A DNA stretch of 64,000 nt from Balanoglossus misakiensis (taxonomy: Eukaryota > Animalia > Hemichordata): NCBI GenBank assembly GCA_040954595.2, contig CM082580.2, positions 672,783-736,782 on the forward strand, in the 5' to 3' direction. Positions 39,283-49,724 of the stretch are shown one piece after another. Positions within the stretch are counted from its first letter, which is position 1. The number at the start of each line of letters is the position of its first letter. A program made the position numbers and the translations under genes. The notes below the pieces were generated by a model. That model made no database searches. It had not been told where the DNA came from and saw only the letters and a program-made list of their open reading frames with translations.

Positions 39283-39414
39283 GTATGTGTGTATTTGCAT
39301 ACTATAAAATTGTACATACTTGTAAACAGGAAAAGGAGTTCTTCATTTGAGCAGGGGAAAGTTGGTCAACGTCACTGTTTGGTCGCAGGGTAGGCTTTTA
39401 GCAGCTAGTCCGTA

Positions 39415-39730
39415 ATGATCAGTAAAATCGAAAGTAACGTTATGTCTTCAATTTTGGATTATTGGCTTCTCATGTCACTGCGTTTGCTTTTGAAATACAA
39501 GGCCATGAATTTTGTTGATAATTGAGGAAAATTGCTGAGTCAGCATATTCAGTGAGGGTGTATCTATGGGCGAAACACTTGTAAAGTTTATCTAAAAAAA
39601 ATACAGTGACCAAACGATATTTGATGGATGCATTTATTTCTATTTGATTGAGCTATGTGTAATATTTCATAGAAATAGTAGAAGTGAGTTTTCTAGGTAT
39701 TCTCAATGTAATTATATGGGAAAAGTCATA
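39415..39730 (+). mobile_element. Decayed Kolobok-like MITE inside the Helentron
   Basis: Patchy collinear similarity to 16085-16445 (tcagtaaaat.gaaagta; ttttgaaataca..gccatgaattt; gagctat.tgtaa; caatgtaat..tatgggaaaag). Confidence 0.65.
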
Positions 39731-40358
39731 GGCACAAACCTTTTCCAGTTTTGAAGTTTGTTTTAAACTTGGTAGTTTCAGAGTAGATAGAGGGTACGTT
39801 CAACTTTCCAGACTAAATTTGTCAGGTGAAGTGTGTGGTTTCAAAAGGTTCAACTGGAAAAGATTTATGTGGGAAAGTTTTATTTGATATGGAACTTTGT
39901 AGAAAGGTGAGGTTTGTAGGTGATATAATTTCAATGTTGCAATGAGCTTTCGAATGATTGTGAAACATGAGTGTAAGACAATGTTATGGCAGGCCAACCC
40001 TGTGCCGCTAGTAGTTTTTGATGAGGTGGCGTGACAATAGCCATGTTACTAATTTGTGCAATGTCTTTGTCCACATGTGATATACAAATATTATGCAAGT
40101 AGCTAAATTTTGCAAAATGTATTGAAATTACAACAAATTTATACAAAAGCTTAATTGAACACATTTGCAATGTAAATACTAGTGATAGTACTTATATGTA
40201 CATGATATACACAAAACCAATTTGAATATGACGCAAAATTGACCTGTCATTGGCTCTCATTGTCATAGTACTCATCAGGGGTCAAATAAGGACATGTGAT
40301 GGAAATTAAAGGTAACTGTATTTTCTAATTGTCGCTTATCTTGTTTATTTTTAAACAG

Positions 40359-43300
40359 GCTGATGGACCAATCATATCAGCTGGGTCTGATTCTGGTTTG
40401 GGTGGATCCAGTAAAGTAAAACACCCTGTGCTACAAGGAACATTCAAGAAGTCAGATTCGTACGGCAATGCCAATAACAATACATCAATATCGTCAAGCA
40501 TAGAACCATACAGCAATAATATGTCTACATCTTCAAGTACCATTATCAAAAGTTTTAATGCCACTCAATCAGTTACAACCTTCAATAAGAATTCTTCGAC
40601 CAGTGTGTCAAATCAAAATTCCTCTTGTGTATACTACAGTGCAAATGATGCACATGACAAACAAGAATTATACTCCTCTCACAATAGTCACACTTTACAC
40701 TGGGAAAGTTACACAATAGACAGTGTACTCCAAGGTAGTTTTCATCAAGGCAATGATATTTTCAGCATAAATTCACGAGGTAGACAATGTACTTGTAATG
40801 CCCTTGCTTTCCTTTGCATATCAAAAGAAAGAGAGATGACATTGACATCTAATGACTTAGATCACATTTTACATGCTGGTGATAATTTATACATTAAAAC
40901 CACAAATGACCTCAGAGCAAGTAATAAATTATTTTCTGAAATACTAATGTGTGATGAATTGCCAAATACTGTTCACATGAATTCTGTGCAGTTCAATATT
41001 ACACAAGGAAGACTGTACTTTGGTATGTTAGACTGTATGTCTGACTATGATGAACAAGGATGTATGGTGTTCAGAGATGCTATGATTAACATGTTCAATT
41101 CTAGTAACTCAGTTATGTTAATACTTGGTGGCTACAGCATGGCCCTTTCTGCAACAGATGGCAAATACTTCGTATTTGATTCTCATAGTCGAAACTCACA
41201 TGGTTTCCAATGTTCTGACGGTTCAAGTATGGTATTGAGTTTTCCGACTCTAAATGATTTAACAAACTATTTGTATTCATTATTTCATAACCTTAACTTC
41301 AATAACATGACACCTTATGAACTTCAAGAATTAACCATTCATATAGAGAGTTCATCTTCTCAGAGACTGTATCAACGGACTCAAAGGCATTCAGACCTGT
41401 TAGACAACTATTTCGAGTCACAAAAACAATTACAAGCTAATAAACAGTGTATGCAAACTTCTAATACCATTGATGCACTTCCATCAGGTTCATGTAGAAG
41501 AAAATCAAGAAAGGTATATGACAGAGAATACAAACGGTTGAAAAGACAGGATCCTTCATTTAAAACCAATGAAAGAAAGAGAGACAAGGAGAGGAAATGT
41601 GCACAAAGACAAAATCCTGACTTCAAAGAGAGAGAAAAGTCAAAAGTGCAAGCACATATAAAGACATTGCGCCAGAATGTAGAATACAGAGACAGAGAAA
41701 AGTTATCTCAACAATATCAAAAAAGAACAATACGTGCAAACCCACAATATAGAAAGAGAGAAAAGGAAAAATTGCAATCACACATACAAATCCTGCGTCA
41801 AAATCCTTCATTCCAAGAGAAAGAGAAGGTGAAATTAAACTCACACAAGCAAACTCTGCGTCAAAATCCTGTATTCCGAGAGAAAGAGAAGGTCAAATTG
41901 AAATCACGCATTTACACTCTGCGTCAAAATCCTGTATTCCGAGAGACAGAAAAGGTGAAATTAAACTCACACAAGCAAACTCTGCGTCAAAATCCTGTAT
42001 TCCGAGAGAAAGAGAAGGTCAAATTAAAATCACGCATTAACACTCTGCGTCAAAATCCTGCATTCCGAGAGAAAGAGAAGGTGAAATTAAACTCACACAA
42101 GCAAACTCTGCGTCAAAATCCTGTATTCCGAGAGAAAGAGAAGGTCAAATTGAAATCACGCATTAACACTCTGCGTCAAAATCCTGCATTCCGAGAGAAA
42201 GAAAAGGTGAAATTAAACTCACACAAGCAAACTCTGCGTCAAAATCCTGCATTCCGAGAGAAAGAAAAGGTGAAATTAAACTCACACAAGCAAACTCTGC
42301 GTCAAAATCCTGCATTCCGAGAGAAAGAAAAGGTGAAATTTAAAGCACACATTAAAACTTTGCGTCAAAATCCTGCATTCCGAGAAAAAGAAAAGCCAAA
42401 ACTGAAAGAACACATTAAAAGTCTGCGTCAAAATTCCACATTTCGACAAAATGAGAAAATACAGTCACAGGCACGTATCAAGACTTCACGCAAAAGTAAA
42501 ACCTTCAAAGAGCACGAAAACAAAAAGCAACAGATCTACAGAAAAATGAAGAGACAGGATAGAAACTTCAGAAAAAAAGAAAACTTACAAAAGAAGTTTG
42601 TGAAATGCAGTGAAAAAATTCAAACATTTCAAATTGACAAAAAACAACATGTTACACACAATGGTTTTAGCAAACATAGAGGTTTTGAGACCCGACAATT
42701 ATGCGGGGAATCGTTGCAGGCATGCATAAATATATTTCATAGAACTGTATCACAAGGCCCTGTCTATGTCTGCTCATCATGTCATCAAACTTGGTTCAGA
42801 AAATCTGTTACTCCTGCTGCCAAATTATCTGAACGAGGCATTGCATCAAAATGTTTGACTGCATACACTTCTGTTGACAATATAGAGTGGGTGTGTAACA
42901 CATGCTACAGATCCATATCTGCTGGTAAAATCCCCAGATTGTCTATAGCTAATAATGTTAATTTCCCTGATATTCCACCACAGTTACAGTTGCACCCTTT
43001 GGAAGAAAGATTGATAGCACTCAGAATTCCATTCATGCATATGTGCAGTTTGCCACGTGGAGGTCAAAGGTCATTATCTGGTCCGGTAGTCAATATTCCA
43101 ACAGATATCACCCCTACTGTTAATGCTCTGCCAAGAATGCTAGATGATTCAGCTACTATACCAGTCAAACTGAAACGAAAACTATCGTACACGCGAAGTG
43201 AATTTACAGAAAATATTCGACCAAATAAAGTGATGGCAGCACTTGTGTGGCTCATGAAAAACAGTGTTTTGTACCAAAATTCAGGTATTCCAATTAATCA

Positions 43301-46300
43301 CAACTGGTCTCAGGAATTTGAAAACACAGATAATGATATGGCTGTATTTATTGAAAATACAAACACTGAACAAGAGCAAGCTGATGATCCTGAATCTGAA
43401 TCAGATTCTGATTCTGATAAATTCAGTGAGGTTGATCCAGCAGAGGGAGCTGTTGCTAATATGGACACTTTACTTGATGATTCAGATTATCGTAATCAAA
43501 TTTTAACATTTGCCCCTGGTGAAGGTCAACGCCCTCTTAGTCTGTTCAATGATACAGATGCAGAATATCTAGCCTTTCCAACTATATTCTGTGGACAACG
43601 CAGAAATATTGATCAAATCCACACCTCAAATGTACATTACAGTGATGTTTGTAAATGGGAATTGCGTAATGTTGATAGACGCGTTGCAAACTCTGTACCA
43701 AATATGTTTTTCAAAGTGAAGAAACTGCAGTTAAAACAGATCAGTAGTAAAGTCCACCTTGCATTGAGACGATGTAAAACTGAAGGCAGAACTTACAAAG
43801 TTGCAGATTTATTAAATCCAGAAAGAGTAAGTGATTTACTTAGACTTGATGACGGATTTTACATATTCAGAGATTTGCGCAATTCACCACCCTATCTAGA
43901 AAAGAGGAAGAAAGATGTATTTGCAATGATTAGACAACTTGGTTTACCAACATGGTTTTGTTCTCTGTCTAGTGCTGACACAAAGTGGATTGACTTACAT
44001 CAAATACTGGGTACACTTGTAGATGGTAAGAAATATACTGCTGATGAACTTAAAGCCATGGATTGGGCTACAAAGTCCAGGTTACTTCAATCTGACCCAG
44101 TGACATGTGCTCGTTTCTTTGACCACAGAATTCATGAATTCATCAATACAGTACTTAGAGGTCCATGTGATCCATTGGGCAAAATCACTGATTACTTCTA
44201 CAGAGTGGAATTTCAACAACGTGGCTCACCACACATCCATATGCTAATGTGGATTGAGAATGCACCAAATTATCAACAAAACACACCAACAGAAGTGATT
44301 GATTTCATTGACATATATGTATCTTGTTCTTCCAATGTACCAAGTGAAATGGCTGAAGTATTGAATCTGCAGACACATAAGCACTCTAAGACATGCCGAG
44401 TAAAAGGCAAACCTGTATGTCGTTTTGGATACCCAATGCCTCCTATGTCAGAAACAATGATTCTCTCACCATTAAATGCTGATCCAGATGAAGAACAACA
44501 TTACAAACAGAAATATGAAGAAATCAAACAAAAACTGGATGATATGAAAGAAGGCAAACCAATATCATATGATGACTTCCTATCTACTGAGCTGCAAATC
44601 AGTCATGATGAATACATAAAATGCATTCAGAGTTCACTCAAAACTACCACAATATTTCTCAAAAGAGAACCAAGTGATTTACGTGTCAATGCCTACATGA
44701 AATTATTATTGTCTGCATGGGGAGCAAATCATGATCTACAGTTTGTTTTAGATCCATACGCCTGTGCCATGTACATTGTATCCTATATCAGTAAATCCCA
44801 AAGAGGCATGAGTGCATTACTTGACCAAGCATGCAAAGAAGCCAGAAAAGGCAATATGGAACTGAAAGCACAGGTCAGACATATTGGAAATAAATTCCTT
44901 AACAATGTAGAAATCAGTGCACAAGAGGCTGCTTACATCATCCTGCAGTTGTCACTTACTAAAGCTACAAGACAAGTGGTATTTATAAACACATCACCAC
45001 CTGATCAAAGAACATTCCTGCTCAAAAGCAAAACTGCCCTTGAAAATACACCAGCAGAATCTACTGACATAGAAAGTGACAATCTAATCAAACGTTATGC
45101 TAGACGGCCAAAAGCATTAGAAAATTGGTGTCTTGCAGATTATGCATCTAAACTTAGAGTCACATATTCAACCAAATGCACTGATAATTATCCACAAGAT
45201 ATAAATGATGATGATCATGATGACCCTGATTTAGGTGTGGACTCAGAATCTGACAATATGACAAGTAAAATAAATATCATTCTCAAAAATGGTATGAAAA
45301 TACAAGAACGTGTAAATCCGTGTATAATACGCTATGTCAATTATAGTAAGAAAGTTGACTATGAAAATTACTGTCGTGAAAAATTGTTGCTGTACATGCC
45401 ATGGAGAAATGAAAGCTCTGACCTTCTAAACAGTTGTGCCACCTTTCAAGAATCTTATAATCATAACAAACACATTATTGCACAAACCATAGATAAGTAT
45501 GAACATAATTCAGAGTTGATAGATCAAGCCACTACAGCTGCAGAGCAACTTGATAATGATGATTTAAATGCATTTGATCAGATTGCTCCAAATACGCAAC
45601 ATGCTGAGAGAGATGATCTAGAAGAAGGAACTACTACACCAAATGATCATTTCATATACTTTCAACCTGATGACCAACCAGAACATACCACTTATGATAT
45701 AGGTGTTGACATTGGTATGAATACGACTGTCACCACTGATGACACCAGCAACGTCCCAGGACGTATCCCTGATGAACAATATCACAAACTTGTGAGATCT
45801 CTCAATGTAAAACAAAGAGAAATATTTCATCATGTTTTGAAATCAGTCAAGACAAATCATGATCCAATGCATATATTTATCACAGGGGGTGCTGGTACAG
45901 GAAAGTCAGTTGTAATCCGAGCAATATATCAGGCATTACATCGCTATCTGTGTTCAATTGCTGGTGAATCACCACTCGACTGTCGTTTATTGTTATGTGC
46001 GCCAACTGGTAAAGCAGCCTATCATATCAATGGTAGTACTATTCATGCAGCTTTCAAAGTACCTGCAAGTCAAGGTTATAAATACAAACCACTGGATAGC
46101 GATAAACTTAATACTTTGCGAAGTAAATATCAACATTTATCAGTTGTAATCATTGATGAAATCAGCATGGTAGGCCATGAGCTTTTAAATTTCATAAATC
46201 TCCGACTTCAACAAATAAAAGGTAACAATCAAGTATTTGGTGGTGTTTCAATGATAACTGTTGGTGATTTATTTCAACTCAAACCAGTAATGGATGGCTG

Positions 46301-47960
46301 GATATTCAAAGACCTAACAAAAGAGTATGGCCCATTAGCAACTAATCTGTGGAAAGAACATTTCACCATGCATGAACTAACACAGATCATGAGACAGAAA
46401 GATGATGAAGACTTTGCTCAACTATTGAATAGATTGAGAGAAGGGAGGCACACAGATGAAGATATTTCTGAATTGCAAAACTATGTAATATCTCATGATC
46501 AACCACTCAACGAGTCCATTCCTCATTTATACACCACCAATGCAATGGTAGAGTCACATAATGATAAAGTTTACCAAAATGCTACATCCCATAAACTTGT
46601 TGTACCAGCACTGGACACAGTTATTGGTGATGTCTCACAACAAGTGAAAGCACAGCTTTTGAAGACCATTCCAAAAGATCCATCCAAAACATGCGGTTTA
46701 TTATCACAAGCACCTATAGCTGTTGGACTGCGATATGATCTCACTGCCAATGTTGATGTTGAGGATGGTATGACAAATGGTGCCAGTTGTGTAGTGCAAC
46801 AAATAGACCACAGAATGACAGGAACATCAAACAACCACCCCAGTATAATTTGGGTTCAATTTGATGATAAAAATGTTGGTCTATTAAGAAGACATAAATA
46901 CAAACATTTGCATCAACCAGAAATTGGTAAACAATTGACTCCAATATTTGACATTAAACGCCAGTTTCCTACCAGTAAATATTACAAACATGTATCTGTC
47001 ATGAGAATTCAATTTCCACTTAGACCGTCTGCTGCAAAAACTATTCACAAATCTCAGGGTGATACACTTGATAAGGTAATAATCCATATGGGTACAAGAA
47101 AAATTGACCATATACATTATGTCGCAATAAGTAGAGTGCGTACAATAAGTGGACTTCAGATACTGGAGTTGAATAAAAATAAAATCGCAATATCTGAAGC
47201 AGTTCACAATGAAATGAAAAGACTCCGTGATGACAGCCAACTTCAATTATGCTTCAAACCATTATATGCCCTCCCTCATGACCACTGCAAAGTAGTATAT
47301 CAAAACGCTAGATCACTCCATAAACATTTTGCAGATTTATGCAGTGACCACAATATAATTGCTGCTGATGTTATCGGAATTGCTGAATCCAGATTAACAA
47401 CTAATGATACCAATGAAGCCTACAATCTCCCAAATTATCTACTATTCAGGAATGACCAAGATGTGCATATTGACAACACTGCTGTAAATTTCACAAGACC
47501 CTATCATGGTCTTGTATTGTATGTCAAAGATTCATATCAAGTGATTCATATCAAGTGCCATTCAACAAAAGTGTTCGAATTTATAAAAGCCAACATCCTA
47601 ATTCAAAATAAACTACTTCAAATCATTATGATCTATAAATCCCCTCAGTGCACAATCCACACATTCAAACAACAATTTCAACAGTATCTCCTGCCACTAC
47701 TAGATTTGACAAAACCAATATTAATAATGGGTGACTTTAATTTTGACATTCTACTACCTAATACCAGTACTGCTTTCCTCCACTTTATGACATCAATTTG
47801 TAACTGTCGGCAACTAATAAAGGAAGAAACAACTGATCAGCATTCTGCTCTGGACTTAATTTTTCTTAACTTCTTCACAACTACCTATGACACAATAGAA
47901 AACTCATGGTCTGATCACAAGGCCGTGTATGCAGCCATTCACCCCAGCCAATTCACTTGA
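40359..47960 (+). CDS. Helentron polyprotein: herpes tegument-type (peptidase C76-like) deubiquitinase - basic 21-aa repeats - Cys4 zinc region - HUH Rep - PIF1/SF1 helicase - APE/EEP endonuclease
   Basis: Uninterrupted ORF (40329-47960 in track). Motifs: QGSFHQG..GRQCTCN..LDHILHAG..FDSH; CSSC..CNTC; VEFQQRGSPHIH and YIVSYISK; GGAGTGKS, IIDEISMV, GDLFQL, TIHKSQG, YVAISR; NARSL, AESRL, GDFN, LDLIF, SDH. Confidence 0.95.
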   Translation, partial: ADGPIISAGSDSGLGGSSKVKHPVLQGTFKKSDSYGNANNNTSISSSIEPYSNNMSTSSSTIIKSFNATQSVTTFNKNSSTSVSNQNSSCVYYSANDAHDKQELYSSHNSHTLHWESYTIDSVLQGSFHQGNDIFSINSRGRQCTCNALAFLCISKEREMTLTSNDLDHILHAGDNLYIKTTNDLRASNKLFSEILMCDELPNTVHMNSVQFNITQGRLYFGMLDCMSDYDEQGCMVFRDAMINMFNSSNSVMLILGGYSMALSATDGKYFVFDSHSRNSHGFQCSDGSSMVLSFPTLNDLTNYLYSLFHNLNFNNMTPYELQELTIHIESSSSQRLYQRTQRHSDLLDNYFESQKQLQANKQCMQTSNTIDALPSGSCRRKSRKVYDREYKRLKRQDPSFKTNERKRDKERKCAQRQNPDFKEREKSKVQAHIKTLRQNVEYRDREKLSQQYQKRTIRANPQYRKREKEKLQSHIQILRQNPSFQEKEKVKLNSHKQTLRQNPVFREKEKVKLKSRIYTLRQNPVFRETEKVKLNSHKQTLRQNPVFREKEKVKLKSRINTLRQNPAFREKEKVKLNSHKQTLRQNPVFREKEKVKLKSRINTLRQNPAFREKEKVKLNSHKQTLRQNPAFREKEKVKLNSHKQTLRQNPAFREKEKVKFKAHIKTLRQNPAFREKEKPKLKEHIKSLRQNSTFRQNEKIQSQARIKTSRKSKTFKEHENKKQQIYRKMKRQDRNFRKKENLQKKFVKCSEKIQTFQIDKKQHVTHNGFSKHRGFETRQLCGESLQACINIFHRTVSQGPVYVCSSCHQTWFRKSVTPAAKLSERGIASKCLTAYTSVDNIEWVCNTCYRSISAGKIPRLSIANNVNFPDIPPQLQLHPLEERLIALRIPFMHMCSLPRGGQRSLSGPVVNIPTDITPTVNALPRMLDDSATIPVKLKRKLSYTRSEFTENIRPNKVMAALVWLMKNSVLYQNSGIPINHNWSQEFENTDNDMAVFIENTNTEQEQADDPESESDSDSDKFSEVDPAEGAVANMDTLLDDSDYRNQILTFAPGEGQRPLSLFNDTDAEYLAFPTIFCGQRRNIDQIHTSNVHYSDVCKWELRNVDRRVANSVPNMFFKVKKLQLKQISSKVHLALRRCKTEGRTYKVADLLNPERVSDLLRLDDGFYIFRDLRNSPPYLEKRKKDVFAMIRQLGLPTWFCSLSSADTKWIDLHQILGTLVDGKKYTADELKAMDWATKSRLLQSDPVTCARFFDHRIHEFINTVLRGPCDPLGKITDYFYRVEFQQRGSPHIHMLMWIENAPNYQQNTPTEVIDFIDIYVSCSSNVPSEMAEVLNLQTHKHSKTCRVKGKPVCRFGYPMPPMSETMILSPLNADPDEEQHYKQKYEEIKQKLDDMKEGKPISYDDFLSTELQISHDEYIKCIQSSLKTTTIFLKREPSDLRVNAYMKLLLSAWGANHDLQFVLDPYACAMYIVSYISKSQRGMSALLDQACKEARKGNMELKAQVRHIGNKFLNNVEISAQEAAYIILQLSLTKATRQVVFINTSPPDQRTFLLKSKTALENTPAESTDIESDNLIKRYARRPKALENWCLADYASKLRVTYSTKCTDNYPQDINDDDHDDPDLGVDSESDNMTSKINIILKNGMKIQERVNPCIIRYVNYSKKVDYENYCREKLLLYMPWRNESSDLLNSCATFQESYNHNKHIIAQTIDKYEHNSELIDQATTAAEQLDNDDLNAFDQIAPNTQHAERDDLEEGTTTPNDHFIYFQPDDQPEHTTYDIGVDIGMNTTVTTDDTSNVPGRIPDEQYHKLVRSLNVKQREIFHHVLKSVKTNHDPMHIFITGGAGTGKSVVIRAIYQALHRYLCSIAGESPLDCRLLLCAPTGKAAYHINGSTIHAAFKVPASQGYKYKPLDSDKLNTLRSKYQHLSVVIIDEISMVGHELLNFINLRLQQIKGNNQVFGGVSMITVGDLFQLKPVMDGWIFKDLTKEYGPLATNLWKEHFTMHELTQIMRQKDDEDFAQLLNRLREGRHTDEDISELQNYVISHDQPLNESIPHLYTTNAMVESHNDKVYQNATSHKLVVPALDTVIGDVSQQVKAQLLKTIPKDPSKTCGLLSQAPIAVGLRYDLTANVDVEDGMTNGASCVVQQIDHRMTGTSNNHPSIIWVQFDDKNVGLLRRHKYKHLHQPEIGKQLTPIFDIKRQFPTSKYYKHVSVMRIQFPLRPSAAKTIHKSQGDTLDKVIIHMGTRKIDHIHYVAISRVRTISGLQILELNKNKIAISEAVHNEMKRLRDDSQLQLCFKPLYALPHDHCKVVYQNARSLHKHFADLCSDHNIIAADVIGIAESRLTTNDTNEAYNLPNYLLFRNDQDVHIDNTAVNFTRPYHGLVLYVKDSYQVIHIKCHSTKVFEFIKANILIQNKLLQIIMIYKSPQCTIHTFKQQFQQYLLPLLDLTKPILIMGDFNFDILLPNTSTAFLHFMTSICNCRQLIKEETTDQHSALDLIFLNFFTTTYDTIENSWSDHKAVYAAIHPSQFT
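41790..42440 (+). repeat. Coding 63-bp tandem repeat (~10 copies of LRQNPAFREKEKVKLNSHKQT)
   Basis: Direct repeat visible in both DNA and protein. Confidence 0.92.
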
Positions 47961-48069
47961 AATTAATCAGTGTTAGATTATAGACATAATCATAAAAGAC
48001 AACACATAAGAATTAAATGACAACAGCAGATTTCAAATACACTTATTTCCCATATTACATACATGTATG

Positions 48070-48410
48070 AGTCAATATGTGCAATTATTGCTACACCACA
48101 AACCATTATTACCAAGTGTCAGTACCAACATGCCAACGTACAACATTCACAAAGGACAGTACACCACTGCTAGATTTCATCTATGTCAATAAACCAGTGT
48201 TCATTATCGGGGACTTCAATGGTGACATATCTTTGCCCACCCACAGCAATGGGTACTTTGAAATGTCAACAACTTAATGAAGAAACAACAGACTACCATT
48301 TTGCATTAGTTCTTATACTTGCCAATATACCACATATCAAAAGTGGCACCTTGAAAAACATTTGGTCAAAACTATACATGCTGCTGTCACACTTAATGAA
48401 AACAACCTGA
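48070..48410 (+). pseudogene. Degenerate duplicate of the endonuclease C-terminus
   Basis: PLLDF..NKPVFIIGDFNGDISLP and CQQLNEETTDYHFALVLI..T.KNIWS parallel PLLDLTKPILIMGDFNFDILLP and CRQLIKEETTDQHSALDLI..TIENSWS; frameshifted. Confidence 0.75.
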
Positions 48411-49724
48411 CAACAACATTACTGTGTCCATCATTGCAATGACAACTGCCCTGTCACATTACCAGTTTATTTACATAATCGGTATCTCCCCCTATACACC
48501 AAAACGGCACCATTTTATTGCTAACATGTGGTACACATCTCATCACATTGACAGATTACGAACAAACATCCTGTCGGTCATGCACAACCGGAAATGTTTT
48601 TCAGAACCCTGGAGCAATCGACTTCCTTGGCTTTGAACATGTAAACACGTTCTGTTTTCATCTGCACGCTGGCGGTTACGTCATATTTGTAAACAATACA
48701 CACGTGTTCCTTTGCGAAACTGTCTTTGTCGGCAATTTCTGTGTATTACTATTGGTGCAAATCCATTGTGTCCGTCAATTATTAAATTTTTCACGCGTCG
48801 TCTTCGGAAAGTCCACTCATACACTTCTGCGAGCTCACCGCATTCGCTCCCTGACTCCTGAAACTACAACATCGCGTCGCTTTCAACTTTCCAGCGCACA
48901 TCGGTCATCGTACCACACTTTCCCACCTTTTTCATCCAGAACAACAAGCCGCACAGACTATATCCACACAGTCTAGTTCACCGCAAGTACCACACTCACA
49001 CAGTAAGTTATACTTTATTTTTTATTTCCTTGCTTTGGTTCATTATGCCACACTGTGTACGAAAAATTCACGGGTGCTTAATCTACAGTGAAAGCCAACT
49101 CCATTGGTCAAATACCGCGGGACATTTCAAAGCCCCACCATTTGACCTACCACCCCACTGTCGTTTCGTTCAACGTCAACAAAATATCGGTACGCCAATT
49201 GGCTCTCTTTGGAATATTCATAACCAGACAATTACGTCTGCAAAGCTCGGCCCATGCACTGCTCTCCGTACATTACAAAATCTGTCGTTCAGTTTTCCCC
49301 CAAAAAAGCTGTACACACATTCGCAACTGTTAACTGACGCAACACACGAACAAGTTTTGCCAATTGGCGCAAACATCCGCCATGTCTCATTTTCAACAAT
49401 ACGCTTGTACTACTGTTCTCCAGTTAACAGCACTCATTGCGCCCATTTCAAAGTTTTTGGTGACCCGTGTGAATTCTTCGATACATTACAATTGGTAATT
49501 TCATTTGAACATCAACTACCAGAGACTCTTCATTCTGAAACTTTCAATGCAAACCTGATCGCTGATGAGACCCTCACGTCTGATTTGTGGCAACTACATG
49601 CCAATCTATTAATCCTTTCGTTTGGCGTTTTCCCCTTGATGATATAGTTTCCACCATCATGTACATTCAACCACTGATCGTGAAACCACAGTCTTATAAT
49701 TTCACCTTTGTTTCTTCCGTACAG

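Noticed and set aside
40329-47960. Endogenous herpesvirus or a LINE (because of the DUB and APE domains)
   Set aside because: Both domains are in frame with Rep-PIF1 inside Helentron termini; no viral structural genes and no RT in this element.
48424-49647. ORFs of 150-205 aa between the two Helentron genes
   Set aside because: No recognisable motifs and non-ATG starts; probably promoter, 5' UTR and intron of the RPA-like gene.
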